A stretch of DNA of 64,000 nucleotides from the NCBI GenBank assembly GCA_965645245.1, contig OZ287077.1, positions 124,001 to 188,000 on the forward strand, in the 5' to 3' direction. Under the pieces are notes generated by a model, which saw only the letters and a program-made list of their open reading frames with translations, was not told the origin of the DNA and did no database searches. This document shows positions 25,382 to 37,758 of this stretch, in pieces (within the stretch, counting starts at the first letter, position 1; each line of letters starts with the position of its first letter). The position numbers and the translations under genes were made by a program. Source of the DNA: Massalongia carnosa. Its lineage: Eukaryota.

Positions 25382-27087
25382 AGTTCCTCTTCTGTCTGAG
25401 TACTGGGCTGCAAGCGACGGGTTGCCGATCTGGTGGTCTTTGAAGAACTATCGTCGTTCTCCTTATCGCTCAAGACTTCCACAGCCTTCGAGGAGAGTTT
25501 CTTCTTTCCCTTCTTAGAAGCTGCTTGTGCCATGCTCCTGTTGGTAGAACTGGGGTTGTCTGCCAGGGGCTCTACCTCCCCATGCGCCCGCTTCTTCCCC
25601 TTGCGGAGAGTTGGCACGGTTTGCCACTCTTTCTCTCGTACAGAGCCCGTTCGAGGGCCCTGTTCCACCTGGGTTGAGGCTGGGGTCACCTCACTGCTTG
25701 TCGTGACCGTCGGCGTGGTCGATGCCGGCGGACTGCTCCGTTCTTGTTCCTGACCATTTAGGGTCTCCCTTGAGGAGGCCCTGAGAGGCCAGAAGGGGAG
25801 AGCTTCTTCTTTGGCCCGCTTCATTCGGGCCTTTTCCTTCTTTCGCTCCGGGCAAGACTCTGCGCTTGCCCCGTGGCCCTCCTTGCCACACGCATTGCAT
25901 TTGAGAGTGACCGATTTGCAATCGGTCATGTGGTGACTTTCGGAACATTTGAAGCATGTTTGATGCTTCTGTCGGCAAGCATGGCTCGTGTGACCATACT
26001 TACCGCACCGGAAACATTGCCTAAGCCTGGCCTCCGGAACATGTCTTTCCACCGCGAAAGATCTCCCATCCAAATATAGCTGCGAGGCCAAAATGGCATT
26101 GCAGTCTAATTCGTTCTCAAAGTATACCACCATGGATCTAGCTGTGGCTCCTGCCTTACTCGTGCGGGACAACCATTCTACTCCTGTTACCCTATTCCTA
26201 ACGGGCATATGTGACTTATTTTCCTCCCAGAGGCGTTCCTTGATGTCTGTCGTGCTTAGATTAGCCGGTACAAAGTGCGCGATTAAGCCGAAGCTTGGCT
26301 GTATTATAGTAGCTTTGCTCGATAGCCTGATGGCCCATCGGGTGTCTTTTCTTAGGCGTTCCGTGTCTGAGACGTTGTTAACTATTACCTGTAGGTCTCC
26401 GCTAGGGAGGACCCTTGCTGCTATTGCTACGGCTGCTGCCTTGGCTGTGCCATTGGAAATAGGGGGGGCGGGAGCGTTTTGATTGGTCGGAATTCTCGTG
26501 TTGTTATGATCCTTTAACGCGTTAGATATTGCCGCGTTGATTCTGTCTTTGAGCGCTGAGGAGGCCAGTTTGGCCAGATCCTTTGCTATGGCTTCGTTGT
26601 TCAGTTTGACGACGATTTCACGAGCTTTCTCTTCTAGTATAGGAGCGGGGATGGACGTCCCCGAAAGCGTAGAGATCGTTGGGGCCGAGGCAGCAAAGGC
26701 TGCCCGTTCTGCCCAGGTTATCGTCCTCTTGTAGCCAGTAGTGGCCGCGGAGGAGGTAGTGGGTGTTGTGCGGGCGGTGTCTTGCTTGCGCTCGACATAG
26801 GTGACTTTAGTGAGCGTTTGCTCTGTAGTGTTCTTTATTTGGTTGATGGTAGCTTGGAGCTGATCCATTGTGGGCTGGTTGCGCATCTTCTCCAGTAGGC
26901 TGAGCATACTGGAGAGTAACGGGGTGTAAGACTGAACCTTCATAGGTCTTTGCTTCTGATATGCCTCGCAGTTAGTTAAGTTATTAAGCACATTGGTGAG
27001 GAAGTGACGATGCTCGTCTAGTGAATCGGGGGGGCGTCGTTGGGCACGACAAAAGAGCTCCCCATGGTTGCCACAATGCAGCCACAA
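25378..27087 (-). CDS. LINE ORF1 (gag-like, CCHC zinc knuckles)
   Basis: 569-aa ORF with QCFRCGKYGH, CFKCSESH and CNACGKEGH; the true start may be downstream. Confidence 0.88.
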   Translation of the reverse strand: MWLHCGNHGELFCRAQRRPPDSLDEHRHFLTNVLNNLTNCEAYQKQRPMKVQSYTPLLSSMLSLLEKMRNQPTMDQLQATINQIKNTTEQTLTKVTYVERKQDTARTTPTTSSAATTGYKRTITWAERAAFAASAPTISTLSGTSIPAPILEEKAREIVVKLNNEAIAKDLAKLASSALKDRINAAISNALKDHNNTRIPTNQNAPAPPISNGTAKAAAVAIAARVLPSGDLQVIVNNVSDTERLRKDTRWAIRLSSKATIIQPSFGLIAHFVPANLSTTDIKERLWEENKSHMPVRNRVTGVEWLSRTSKAGATARSMVVYFENELDCNAILASQLYLDGRSFAVERHVPEARLRQCFRCGKYGHTSHACRQKHQTCFKCSESHHMTDCKSVTLKCNACGKEGHGASAESCPERKKEKARMKRAKEEALPFWPLRASSRETLNGQEQERSSPPASTTPTVTTSSEVTPASTQVEQGPRTGSVREKEWQTVPTLRKGKKRAHGEVEPLADNPSSTNRSMAQAASKKGKKKLSSKAVEVLSDKENDDSSSKTTRSATRRLQPSTQTEEEL

Positions 27088-28129
27088 CAGAAGGGACGAT
27101 ATAACTTTCGGCCAAGATAGCTACAGAGTCGGGGAGCAATTCTACGTGATCACAATGACTATTGAGGGCTTGTATGGGTAACGAATGCAATTTCTAGTGC
27201 TAGCTAAAAAGTGCGAAAGTTGGATATCTGTATACATGGTTCTTTATTTGAAGGTCTCCTGCCACCAAAAAAATTAAGCGAATGTCAAATTCGCTTAAAA
27301 GAGACCTCTCCTGCACGCGAGATTAATCGAAGAACTTTTAAATAAGCGAATATCATATAAAATTAACCGAATTCCGAGATGATGTGTAACGTAATAAGTA
27401 ATACTGTTTATGATATGCAGAATTTTACGCTGAATCCAAATCTGAAAGAATTTTAATATTCGAACAAGAAACGACTAAGTAATTGCCGATTACAATAAAG
27501 TTTACCTTGAATTTTCAGCTTCAAATGTTAATGCTTCCCTCGGGACCAGAGGGAAGCATCACTTGACATCGAAGTTCTTTGAGAGCGAAACACTTCGTTC
27601 CGACTTCCTCTATTTCCTGCTTCTTCGTATACGCCGCCGACTTGACGGAACACGATCGTATTCATCATTGGATGCAGACGGTAACTACATATAATCCTTT
27701 TCTTGTTCTTGGAAAAGCTTCGTCTCACGCCGGCGCAGGACCTGCTAATATTGGAAGAATTGCACGAACGCCGTGCCACTCATCCCTCCAGTCTTGCCAT
27801 CATGACCGACTGGTTTCGCAGCCTCACTTCAATCATTGAGATTCGAATCACTCCCCGACCCAATGACATGATAGCGGAAATTATTCGCGACGACTTCTTC
27901 AACAGCAGCAGGCTCTCCTCCGCATCCAGCCGCGACAGTCTTCTCCCCGCCCCTCCCCCACGCCTCCCCCTAGCCCCGCCAGCTCGCACGCCTCTACCCC
28001 TCCACGTCCGCCTTCACTTCCTTCGTCTCGCGGCAGTACCCGCCAGCGCGCCGCTCCTTCCGCGAAGCAACCTGCCGTCGGCCCGTCACACAAGCGAGAT
28101 GCTTAGGGACAGTCCCTCCCCGACCGTCC

Positions 28130-28283
28130 TGTAAAAGGCTACGAGACTAGCAAGCTAATCATGAGCGACTCTGATCTTCGAGGGAAATGCTCAGCGTGAG
28201 AGGTGGAAGATAGCTACTACGTGCTGGTCTCCGAGAGTATACGTGATCCAAATAACTAACGGATGTGGAAGTGCTTTGTCAAA
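28130..28283. repeat. partial LTR related to the 20193 copy, cut by copia B
   Basis: TGTAA start; shares ggaaatgctcagcgtgagaggtggaagatagctactacgtgct with the 20193 copy. Confidence 0.55.
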
Positions 28284-29207
28284 TGTCAGCTATACTGGCA
28301 TTAACCAACATTGGTAAATGGGCCCGTCACATGCCCGTCACATGACATTGCCACCGCGGCACAGGTAAAAATTCTTCATCCCCTCTTCCTTCGGAGACAT
28401 CTCTTGATCTATCCCCTGGCGGCATACCTAGCTAGAAAATCATCTAGAGATCAATGCCATTCATTTCACCTCATCTGGTCAAGACGTAAATCATCTCAAC
28501 TGATCATCAGAACAAAAAGCCTCTGAGTTATGAGCCCGGATTCTCGCTTCCATCGTCTTGACTACTTCTTGAATCTTTAAAAAAGCCACCTTTTGGCACT
28601 TATTCAGAAGCCATCACTTGGCACCTTCAGCATTTTTCGAAATCAGCCCTTTTTCGAAAAACAATATCAGCAATGTCGGCATCGCCCAGAAAAATCGTCT
28701 TGGCAAAATCGGCGGACTGGAGAACATGGTTTTCCTTCATCCAGATAAAGGCAGAAAGTCTAGAAATTTGGGATGAGGTTAACCCGAATGAGCCATTTAA
28801 GGAGTCGTTAAAACGGCCAGAGATACCAAATTTTCCAATCTCGGAAAATGATGATGATGAAGTTGAGGCAGGAAAGTATCAAATGCTTCAACTGAAAACT
28901 CAGCTATACAGATTAAAATTGGACGAATACAAAGTTCGAAAAGCAGCACTAACTGAGCTGAAATCTAAAATTCTAGAAAGTCTGTCGACCGAATACGGCG
29001 TTTATTTGGAAGACATAAACCATAAAAGAGGACATCCATGGAAAATACTGACGGCACTGGAGCAAAGAATTGCTCCATTTGATGCCGCCCAAATTCGGGA
29101 TATTGAGACCAAATACCAGAAGCTCAAAAAGGGACCAGGAAATCAAATTTGGAGACATATATCGAGCAGTGGCAGAGGACATACACTGATGCCATCAATA
29201 ATGTAAT

Positions 29208-29691
29208 TGTAATAGGGTAGGCCTAGTATGCGTTCGTTGAACGTAAGACTGGCCTATGTGGCCATGTGGGATACGTACAGCCAAAACAACCACCAAGACA
29301 ATAAGGTCCCGCCTAACCCAGTTAGGCATAGTGTGGGGACTTAACTTATTATGGAGGTGTTTTCGTAGTACACGAAGTATCCCCTCGCCTCGCCTCACCT
29401 CCCCTAGCTCACCTGCCTAGTCTTATCTACCCGTGTCTTTCGGTGTCCGAAGTATTTCGGAGTCCGAAAATACCAGGTAGTATGGGCAAGGTATGGAAGA
29501 AGAGCTTAGGTTATGGATTGTCCTATCCTATATAGATCAATGATCAAGCACTTTAAAAGGGTAGCATTTAGTCTACCCTTTGACCCGACCCAACCTATTT
29601 GTACCTCTATTGTGACCATCACGTTGTGTAGCCCCTGTGGATCCCATCTTCCAGTAGTGAATGCCTGCTGGGAGAAGGTCTCCCCGTTTCA
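29208..29691 (+). repeat. 5' LTR of gypsy C
   Basis: TG...CA; three substitutions seen relative to the 3' LTR. Confidence 0.95.
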
Positions 29692-29826
29692 ATTCTAATT
29701 GCTCTATATATCTCCGGATTAGCACGATCCGGTGGTCGCAATAAGGGTGCTGCTTTTCACCGCTTTCGCCATCCAGCGTCATTTGGCCTTTCGTCGTTCA
29801 GGCCAAACTTCCTCATCGATTCTTCC

Positions 29827-31077
29827 ATGGTCACCGGCAGCCAGTCCGCTGCAATTAGGGCCTCCATGGATCCTTCTCTCCTCGGCACCTCCGGTGCTTC
29901 AGCTAATTCAGCCAATGCATCTGGTGCTCCGCCGTCTAGTGGCCCACTTCCTGTTGGCCCGCACGGCTCCGCCCATCTTTCCTCTGGCACGTCAGCTACC
30001 ACAGTGACTCTGACTGCCGAGCAATGGGCTGCTATCCAGTCTACCCTGGACCAAATCAACCAGGGCCATGGCCGAACGCCCTCTCGGTCTGCTCGCCGAT
30101 CTCGATCGGCCCCACGATCTCCTCGGGCACCCCAGTCGCCTGAGAGGTCATCCAGGCGGAATAGTCATCATACCCGCCGGGACTCTCGCTCTCGCTCGCC
30201 CGGCCATTACCATCGCCGCCGGTCACCTTCGCGTGACTACTCAAACCGCCGTTATGACGGCGCTTCTCGTCCCTTACTGAAGCCTAAGGTTCCTGACATA
30301 TACAAGGGAAGTAGTCACAAGGAGCTGCATGAGTTCGCTCGTCAGTGTCACGAGTACTTCAAGACTGCACGGGCGCATCCCGATGATTCTTCCTCCGTCT
30401 CTTTCGCGGCTTCCTTTCTTCGCGGAGAGACTGTTGGCCATGTATGGTCAGAATACGTCAAGACATTGCCGCTTGATTACGACCCACCCTGGGCCGAATT
30501 CTTAAAGGTCCTCCGGGATGACCTTGGCAACGAGAAGACCTTCGTGGATAAAACCTGGGGAAAGTTCTTTAGTTTTGTTCAGCGCCCTGGAGACAACGTA
30601 CGCACGTTTAGCGTACAGCTTCAACAATTGTGCTCCGTTCTTCAGGAGTATGACCTTCAATTCCCCCGCGAGTCCGACATGATTCGCCGCGCTCGAGATG
30701 CTCTGCGTCCTGAGATTAAGTCAGCCCTTTACAACATGGTTGACAATGCGAGCACCTACTCGCAATTCGTCGCTCTCGCAATGCAGGCCGAGGCATCCGT
30801 TAATATGCACACCTCGACCAAGAACTCCTCACATCGCGACTCTCGTCGCGATAAGTCAAGGGATGCCTCGCAAACTCGATCGTCGAAGACTCAGGGTAAG
30901 AATCACAGACGTGGCAAGGGTAACAACAAGCCTACCGAATCTTCCGGCACCTCTGCCAACAAGACGCCTGCCACTGGCGCCAACGCAGAGCCTCCTGCCG
31001 AAGTCACCTGCTATAGATGCGGTGAAAAAGGGCATATCTCTACCCACTGCACCAATCCTCCCAAGCCAAAAAACTAG
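29827..31077 (+). CDS. gag: gypsy C Gag with CCHC knuckle
   Basis: 416-aa ORF; PDIYKG, CYRCGEKGHISTHC. Confidence 0.9.
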   Translation: MVTGSQSAAIRASMDPSLLGTSGASANSANASGAPPSSGPLPVGPHGSAHLSSGTSATTVTLTAEQWAAIQSTLDQINQGHGRTPSRSARRSRSAPRSPRAPQSPERSSRRNSHHTRRDSRSRSPGHYHRRRSPSRDYSNRRYDGASRPLLKPKVPDIYKGSSHKELHEFARQCHEYFKTARAHPDDSSSVSFAASFLRGETVGHVWSEYVKTLPLDYDPPWAEFLKVLRDDLGNEKTFVDKTWGKFFSFVQRPGDNVRTFSVQLQQLCSVLQEYDLQFPRESDMIRRARDALRPEIKSALYNMVDNASTYSQFVALAMQAEASVNMHTSTKNSSHRDSRRDKSRDASQTRSSKTQGKNHRRGKGNNKPTESSGTSANKTPATGANAEPPAEVTCYRCGEKGHISTHCTNPPKPKN

Positions 31078-34000
31078 CTGTCGCCGGCGTTACTTCCGAA
31101 CCGGTGACTGACCCTAGGGAGGCAATTGCCAAGCATGCGCCCCGTTTGCAAAGAGAACCCTGTATGTTGTACGACATCCAGATGGTGAAGGATCTTTCTA
31201 GTCTGAAAGCCTTGATCGATTCTGGTAGCGAAGTCAATGCTATCGCTCCAGAGTTGGTTCGATCTTTAGGTCTTCCGACCCTGCATACCAATTGGGGTGC
31301 AGCTACGATAGATGGCTCTCGGTTGACTACCCATGGCATGGTGTTAGCCAAATTCTCTGTTGATGACAAGCTCGAACGAACTCGCTGGTTCGAGGAGACT
31401 TTTCTAATAGCAAACGTCTCTCATGATGTTGTGTTGGGGATGCCTTTTCTGAAACTCGGCAACCCGGACGTCCACTTCGCTGAAGGGTCTCTCACTTGGA
31501 GAGATTATTCTGTCTCGACTTCTTTGCCGACCGAAAGGCGCATTGAGTTAGTTGAGCCGGAGACCTTCGCAGAGGATGCTCGGGATGATAAGTCCACTTG
31601 CTTTGTCGTACAAGTAGCCGCCATTCTTGATGCGTTGGACGACGCTAGGCGCGTGAACCTACAGGCTATTTCAACTACAGAGGAGATCAAGCTCCCTGTG
31701 GAATACGCCGATTATGAAGGGGTATTCTCTGCGGAGAAAGCTGACGAGTTGCCGTCGCTGACCCCGGATGATCACAGAATCGTCCTAGAGGAGGGCAAGT
31801 CGCCTCCTCATGGGCCTATCTATAGCCTCGGTCCCACGGAGTTAGAAGCTCTAAGGGGTTATATCGAAGTCAACCTCAATAACGGGTTCATCAGACCGTC
31901 GACTTCTCCTGCGGGGGCGCCTATCCTCTTTATTAGGAAGCCCAGCGGAGGATTGCGGCTATGCGTCGACTACAGGGGTCTCAACAATATAACGATTAAA
32001 AACCGTTACCCCCTGCCGTTAGTAGGCGAGGCCCTAGATAGGCTCGGCCGAGCGAAGGAGTATACCCAGCTTGATCTCATCCATGCGTACCATAGGGTGC
32101 GAATAGCAAAGGGAGACGAGTGGAAGACTGCCTTTCGAACTCGCTATGGCCATTTCGAATATCAGGTTATGCCCTTTGGGCTTTCCAATGCACCAGCGAC
32201 GTTTCAAGCTTTGATTAACAAGGTACTCGCTGAAAAACTTGATGTTTTTTGCATTGTCTATTTAGACGATATTCTCATTTACACTGAAGAGACTGGTTCA
32301 GCGCACACTGATGCGGTTAAGTGGGTGTTTGAACAGTTACGAAAGCACGGCCTGTATGCCAATTTGCAGAAGTGCCGTTTCAGTCAGAAAGAGGTTCGCT
32401 TTCTTGGGTATATTATTTCACCTGAAGGTATTCGGATGGAGAATGATAGGATAGAGAGCGTGCGCAGCTGGCCTAGACCCCAGTGCGTTCGCGATATTCA
32501 AGTCTTTATAGGCTTTGCCAATTTTTACCGCCGGTTCATCAAAGGGTTCAGTAAGATCGCTAGGCCTTTGACCGCGATGCTGAAGACGACGGGCCCTAAG
32601 ATGCCGAAATCGGACCCGTTTCTGACTGCTGAGGCGTTAGTAGCGTTCGATCAACTGAAGGGGGCCTTTGTCACGGCCCCAGTCCTCAGGCATTTCGATG
32701 CGGAGCGACATATACGCGTGGAGACTGATGCATCTGGGTATGCCATCGGTGGGATACTATCACAAAAGGACGATGAGAGTCATTGGCATCCAGTAGCCTA
32801 CTTTTCTAGGAAGATGATTCCCGCGGAGCGTAATTATGAAACGCATGACGCGGAGTTGCTGGCCATTGTCGAGGCTTTTAGGCATTGGAGGCATTATCTC
32901 GAAGGCAGCACTCATGAAGTCCTAGTTCTCACCGACCACAACAACCTAAAACGGTTCATGGATACCAAACGACTCGGCGGACGCCAGATCCGTTGGGCGC
33001 AGGAGCTCTCCCAGTATAACTTTCGGATTGACTATCGTCAGGGTTCTCACAACCCCGCAGACGCCTTATCTCGCCCCGCCCAGGCCGAGGCGGATGACGA
33101 TGAGTTAATAGTTGAGAATAAACAGATATTGCACCGCTTGCAGGATTCTTTGCTGTTGAACGAGCCCGTGACCATTCGGGCCTGCAAGGCATTAAGCCAA
33201 CCTAAGAAGCCCCGCGAGCGTGACTACTCGCAGGGGTATAGGAAAATGATGTTAGAGGTGATTATCTGTGGGACTGCGGTGGTCCCGGACCTCGTCAAGT
33301 CATGGGCTGTTATAAGGGCAGTCGTGGCTGAAGAGGGTCCCTACACTGCAATCGGTTCATTACTTCCACGTCTTCCTGAGTTGCTTGCGGAAGACAAGGG
33401 CGCCCAGGCTGTACGAAAGAGGCTAGCTACCTCCGAAGTTAATGCGTTTTCTGGTGTTTCGGGCGAGCCCTGGAAGGAGTCCGGGGATGTCTTATATTAT
33501 GAAGGCAAGCCTTATATCCCCGAGACGTTACGAACTGAGCTAATGGCGCGCCATCATGATGACCCCTTGGCGGGGCCTTTAGGCATTGAAAGACCCAGGA
33601 GTTGCTGACTCGGAAATACCACTGGGACACTATCAAGGTGGACGTTGAAAAGTACGTGGATGCGTGTGACGTATGCATGAGGTCGAAGTCGCAGCGGCAT
33701 AAGCCGTATGGGAGTCTCCAGTCCCTGCCGATTCCCTCGCATAGGTGGAAAGACATTACGATGGACTTCGTTACAGGGCTCCCGCGCAGTTGCGACTGGC
33801 GTGGAGTAGGATATGACTCCATCCTCGTCATTGTTGACTGCCTGGCGAAGATGGTCCATTAAGAAGCAGTGATGAAAACGCTGACGGCTGAAGGCCTCGC
33901 GGAAGTAATTATTGATTCGGTCGTGAGATACCATGGGCTCCCTGACTCTATAGTTATAGACCGTGGCTCCCTGTTCACATCGCAGTTCTGGCCCTCGCTG

Positions 34001-34900
34001 TGCTATTTTGTTAGCATTAAGAGGCGTCTCAGCACGGCTTTTCACCCACAAACTGACGGCCATACAGAGCGTCAGAATAGCACGTTGGAGGCGTACCTCC
34101 GGTCCTTTGTCTCATTCGAGCAGGACAACTGGGTGCAGTATCTGCCCATGGCTGAGTTCGCCTTCAATAACTCCAAGCACTCTAGCACCGGGTTGACTCC
34201 TTTCGAGTTGAATTGCGGTTATCATCCGCGGATGGGCTATGAGGATGAGCTGGATCCCCGTTCGCGGTCTAGGGCGGCGGGGGCTGAGGTCGCGGAACTC
34301 AAAGAGCTTATGGACCTGTGCAAGGCAAACCTTAGAGGTGCACAAGAGTCTCAAGCTCGCTACCATAACAAGGCTACAAAGGATCGTGTGTAAAGCCCCG
34401 GCGAGTCAGTTTGGTTGGATGGCAAGCACTTTAACACAAAGAGGAATAGGAAGCTTGGACACAAGTTCCTAGGTCCATTCATGGTTATTGAGCCGATTGG
34501 CAAGCAAGCCTATCGCATCCAACTGCCGCCGCGTTGGCGAATCCACGATGTCTTTCATGTGTCTCTTCTGGAGAAGAATTGGCACTAAGAAGGGGGGAGT
34601 CGATAAAGAATTAGCGGAGCAGATAGAGTTCAATGAAAATGAACCAAAGGAGTACGAGGTCGAGAGTATTCAAGATTCGGCTGTCTATGCTAGGGAGTCG
34701 GAGGACGGGAGACCTGTAGGGCTTTATTATCTAATCCATTGGAAAGGATACCCTGAGTCTGAGGATAGCTGGGAACCGTATGCGGCCATCAAGCATTTAC
34801 GCAAGATGGTGAGGTTATTCCATAGGATAATCCTTCAAAATCCACCGCAAGCGGAAGCCCAGTCGATTCAGGTCCTCCACGTCCTCCTCTAGCGAAGAAA
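31068..34900 (+). pseudogene. pol: gypsy C pol (PR, RT, RH open; integrase-chromodomain broken)
   Basis: LIDSGSE, YLDD, ETDAS; frameshift near 33575, stops near 33860 and 34391; chromodomain EYEVESI..YLIHWKGYPESEDSWEP. Confidence 0.92.
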
Positions 34901-35376
34901 TCGACATACTCCGCGCTGCAGCCGGACTCCCCGCCTGGCCCTGTCGATGAGGCTTTGCCTTTAACCTCGCAAGTGGGGGTCGACTTGGTAACACCGCTGC
35001 GTCTAGGACGTCCCAAGAGGGGTCGTCGGCAGTTAGGTATAGATGACGCTGGCGCGGCTGGGACGGTCCATACGCGCAAGAAGCCGCGAGTCAAGTCCTA
35101 AGGGACAGGCGAAGAAGTCCAATGCTGCGGCATTGGCAGTGAGTATGTAAGTCGGTGCCTAATGGCCGGAAGGGGCTGCATACTCAAAAGGGGACCGTCG
35201 GCGCAGTGGATCATTCGGCTAGGCCGTACCCGTCATGACAGCGATGCCTTTTTGCCTCTGTCCCAAAGGGTCAGAGGGTTTTTATGGAGTTGTCTAGGTA
35301 CGCACCCTAGGTCGTCATGAGGCTATCTTTTGCAGTGCATGTCTCGGATGGGACTCGACCATAGGAGGGAGGCAGT

Positions 35377-35860
35377 TGTAATAGGGTAGGCCTAGTATGC
35401 GTTCGTTGAACGTAAGACTGGCCTATGTGGCCATGTGGGATACGTACAGCCAAAACAACCACCAAGACAATAAGGTCCCGCCTAACCCAGTTAGGCATAG
35501 TGTGGGGACTTAACTTATTATGGAGGTGTTTTCGTAGTACACGAAGTATCCCCTCGCCTCGCCTCACCTCCCCTAGCTCACCTACCTAGTCTTATCTACC
35601 CGTGTCTTTCGGTGTCCGAAGTATTTCGGAGTCCGAAAATACCAGGTAGTATGGGCAAGGTATGGAAGAAGAGCTTAGGTTATGGATTGTCCTATCTTAT
35701 ATAGATCAATGATCAAGCACTTTAAAAGGGTAGCATTTAGTCTACCCTTTGACCCGACCCAACCTCTTTGTACCTCTATTGTGACCATCACGTTGTGTAG
35801 CCCCTGTGGATCCCATCTTCCAGTAGTGAATGCCTGCTGGGAGAAGGTCTCCCCGTTTCA
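35377..35860 (+). repeat. 3' LTR of gypsy C
   Basis: Direct repeat of 29208-29691. Confidence 0.95.
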
Positions 35861-37181
35861 AATAATAAGCTTTTTGAGGCAGAGGGGCAACGAGCTCATC
35901 GACACTTTCTCATGGCTATTTGGGAAAAGTAGACTAACTTTGCCGATACCATGCTGATTAATCTAAATAGGGAGCCGGACATGGACTTCTATAAATTGCT
36001 GGATTAATTCCGACAATTCGTCCGGTATCAAAAAGCTGAAAAAGGGGAGTCCCATTCCGCCTTTTCTGCTAATTCCAACTAGTCAGAATAATCAGGGGCA
36101 AAAGAACTAGGATCAGAAAGGGCAGAAAAATAACATGATACCGGAGGGTGGAAATGCCACCTTTGCAGCTTTTTGCAGCACTTCCTTTTCAGCGGCAAAT
36201 AGCTTAGTCATCAAGGGGGAAATGAGGCCATGAAATCGCGTATATTGAAGACGCGAGATGCATCAAAAGATGACTATTTGGCAGCCGGTGCCAACTACCT
36301 AAAAATTGAATTCTACGGAACCATCAGAATCAATATTACTGCCCCATCTGGACCATGGATAATTACATTAGTCGACGTCGCCTACGTCCCTAGATTCATG
36401 ACAAATGTCGTCGCTTAGCATTTATTCAATGTAAAAGGGGTACACTTTGACGATTGGAAAATGCACCTGTATAGGGAAGAAAAGACTGTCGCATGAGTTA
36501 AACCACTAAATGGGCACTTCTTACTGGAAGACAACACTGAGGAGGTGTTCAATCAGTCATTTGCAACAGGGCAAAATTCCGCTGCAGCTAATGAGAAAGA
36601 AAATGCCAAATCTGCACCTTCCTATCAATGGCATCAGATGTTGGCACATGCGTCAAATAACGCCATTCAGCATTTACAGGCATCAGCTGAGGGGGTGTAG
36701 ATTGCTGATTCAGCAGCTGCCCCTACAATTCCCAAAACCAATGAGTACGAAACATGCGCACTTTCAAAAATGCACCGAATCATCTCTAGTTCAGCGGAAA
36801 TGCCGAAACGGCAGCCCTACCTTTTCATCGAATCGCATACGACTTAATCCCATTGAACCCTGCCTATAACAAAGATGAATGGGTCTCTCATTTCGCCTGC
36901 CATTGGACCGATTTTAACATGGTTTTTACTCATCCAAAGAAATCAGATGCGACGCGGATAGTAAAAGAGGCACTTAATTTGATCGAGACTGGATTCAATG
37001 GAAAAGTTGTCTTCTTTCGGACTGACGGCGAGAAATCTTTGGGAGGTGATTTTTGAGAATTACTTATAGAAAAGGGGATTACTTACGAACCATCTGCACC
37101 TCATTCGCCGGAGCAGAATGGGCACTCAGAAAGAAAAGGGGGAATTTTGACCATAAAAGCACGTGTTATGCGGATGGATGC

Positions 37182-37568
37182 TGTAGGGGGGTGGAGCGGT
37201 GATACTCTAAATTCAAATTGCTAGCGGTTCGGGAGTTGGTTCTTTTCGGCTGATACTCGGTAAAGGTAGCGGGGAAGTCAGGTGACAGTCTTTCTTTTAG
37301 CTTAGTTATAGATAGTTCTTTTCCTTTTGGAGCAAGCATGCTCGTAGCAATAGCTACACAACACATAGCATCAACACATACAGTTCACAGGTACGAGGCA
37401 TGAGGCACGAGGCATGAGGCACGAGGCATGAGGCACGAGGCGCGAGGCTTATAGTGATCAGTCTAGCTATTGTTCTTATTCTATTGTTCTGTTCTTCTCT
37501 TGTTTGTTTGTTCTCTTGCACTCCTAGCAGTAGTGGACCACGCACACCACCCAGTTCATCCTTCCACA
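37182..37568 (+). repeat. 5' LTR of D1 (387 bp)
   Basis: tgtagggggg...ccttccaca, with an internal GAGGCAY tandem array. Confidence 0.93.
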
Positions 37569-37658
37569 TTTGGCGACCACGGTGCGATCTCTATTTGACC
37601 GGGAGCAGGAATCAAACGACGAGTCTAGACAGACATGTGAGACAGACAGTAGACTTAC

Positions 37659-37758
37659 AGCGACAGCGACAGCGACAGGAAATAGCGACAGGAAACAGCG
37701 ACAGGAAGCAGCGACAGGAAGCAGCGACAGGAAGCAGCGACAGGAAGCAGCGACAGCG
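37659..37758 (+). repeat. tandem repeat (cagcga)n then about six 13-bp cagcgacaggaag units in the D leader
   Basis: Directly visible. Confidence 0.9.

Larger units (their letters stand above)
21155..27222 (-). mobile_element. full-length Tad1-like LINE (non-LTR retrotransposon)
   Basis: 15-bp TSD gatatctgtatacat at 21140-21154 and 27223-27237; two ORFs; simple-repeat tail. Confidence 0.95.
29202..35860 (+). mobile_element. Ty3/gypsy chromovirus C, complete, TSD AATAA
   Basis: 484-bp LTR pair; TSD at 29197-29201 and 35861-35865; PPT ggagggaggcag; gag, pol and chromodomain. Confidence 0.95.
28284..37181 (+). mobile_element. Ty1/copia B (decayed), host of gypsy C, truncated at gypsy D1
   Basis: LTR about 28284-28526, PBS gttatgagccc 28527-28537, gag from 28673 (LAKSADWRTWF); resumes at 35861 with pre-integrase WHQMLAH and integrase FRTDGEK, PEQNGHSERKGG. 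Confidence 0.82.

Noticed and set aside
27703..28134. 143-aa Pro-rich ORF as a host gene
   Set aside because: Non-ATG start, low complexity and no recognisable domain.
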